Origin: an uncultured Saprospiraceae bacterium
Lineage (GTDB): Bacteria; Bacteroidota; Bacteroidia; Chitinophagales; Saprospiraceae
Reading direction: 5' to 3'
Assembly: GCA_964419315.1 (NCBI GenBank)
Contig: CAYQRA010000001.1
Span: 1 to 33,662 of the forward strand
Length of the DNA stretch: 33,662 nucleotides
Shown: one piece after another, positions 33,623 through 33,662 of the stretch
Layout: each line of letters begins with the position of its first letter
How positions within the stretch are numbered: position 1 is the first letter of the stretch
Notes under the pieces: model-generated
Told to the model about the DNA's origin: nothing
Database searches by the model: none
The model's input: the letters and a program-made list of their open reading frames with translations, nothing else
Translations under genes and position numbers: made by a program

Positions 33623-33662
33623 CGTTCTTGGACAAATCCCGTGGTCAACCAAAAATAAGAAC
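33623..33662. repeat. Palindromic intergenic element, copy 2 (truncated by the window end)
   Basis: cgttcttggacaaatcCcgtggtcaaccaaaaataagaac matches 30262..30301 at 39/40 in the same orientation. It starts 2 nt after the TAA stop at 33619..33621. Confidence 0.6.

Noticed and set aside
1-33662. Search for tRNA, rRNA and tmRNA genes
   Set aside because: I found no T-loop (GGTTCGAATCC-like) with a matching acceptor stem. No long non-coding stretch is compatible with rRNA, and every intergenic gap is 603 bp or shorter.

Overview
This is a 33,662-bp AT-rich segment (roughly 40% G+C by eye) with Bacteroidota hallmarks. Two large secreted proteins end in T9SS (Por) C-terminal sorting domains, gene leaders are A-rich with no strong Shine-Dalgarno, and TAnnTTTG-type -7 boxes occur upstream of genes. 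I support 18 protein-coding genes (one truncated by the left edge), three clear hairpin terminators and a short palindromic element present twice. I see no rRNA, tRNA, CRISPR array, transposase or integrase. Layout: (1) T9SS cargo genes lie at the left. (2) At 3.4-12.3 kb there is a divergent three-gene cluster, my best candidate for an undescribed system. A 1306-aa protein, whose only recognisable module is a C-terminal AAA_5/MoxR-like ATPase, faces an 879-aa protein with a C-terminal vWA/MIDAS domain. That vWA gene is translationally coupled (TAATG) to a 706-aa protein with no motif I recognise. (3) Next come single genes: a secreted esterase, an LEA/perilipin-like 22-mer repeat protein, a zinc-ribbon membrane protein and a membrane-anchored HSL-type hydrolase. 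(4) A 2187-aa modular T9SS surface protein follows. (5) The right end holds two hypotheticals, a YjjG-type HAD nucleotidase and a surface-polysaccharide locus (GT2, two GT4, Wzx-like flippase, LtaS/sulfatase-like transferase). The last two genes of that locus are bracketed by direct copies of the palindromic element, and the second copy is cut by the window end. All functional calls rest on motif recognition by eye; none has been verified by a database search.
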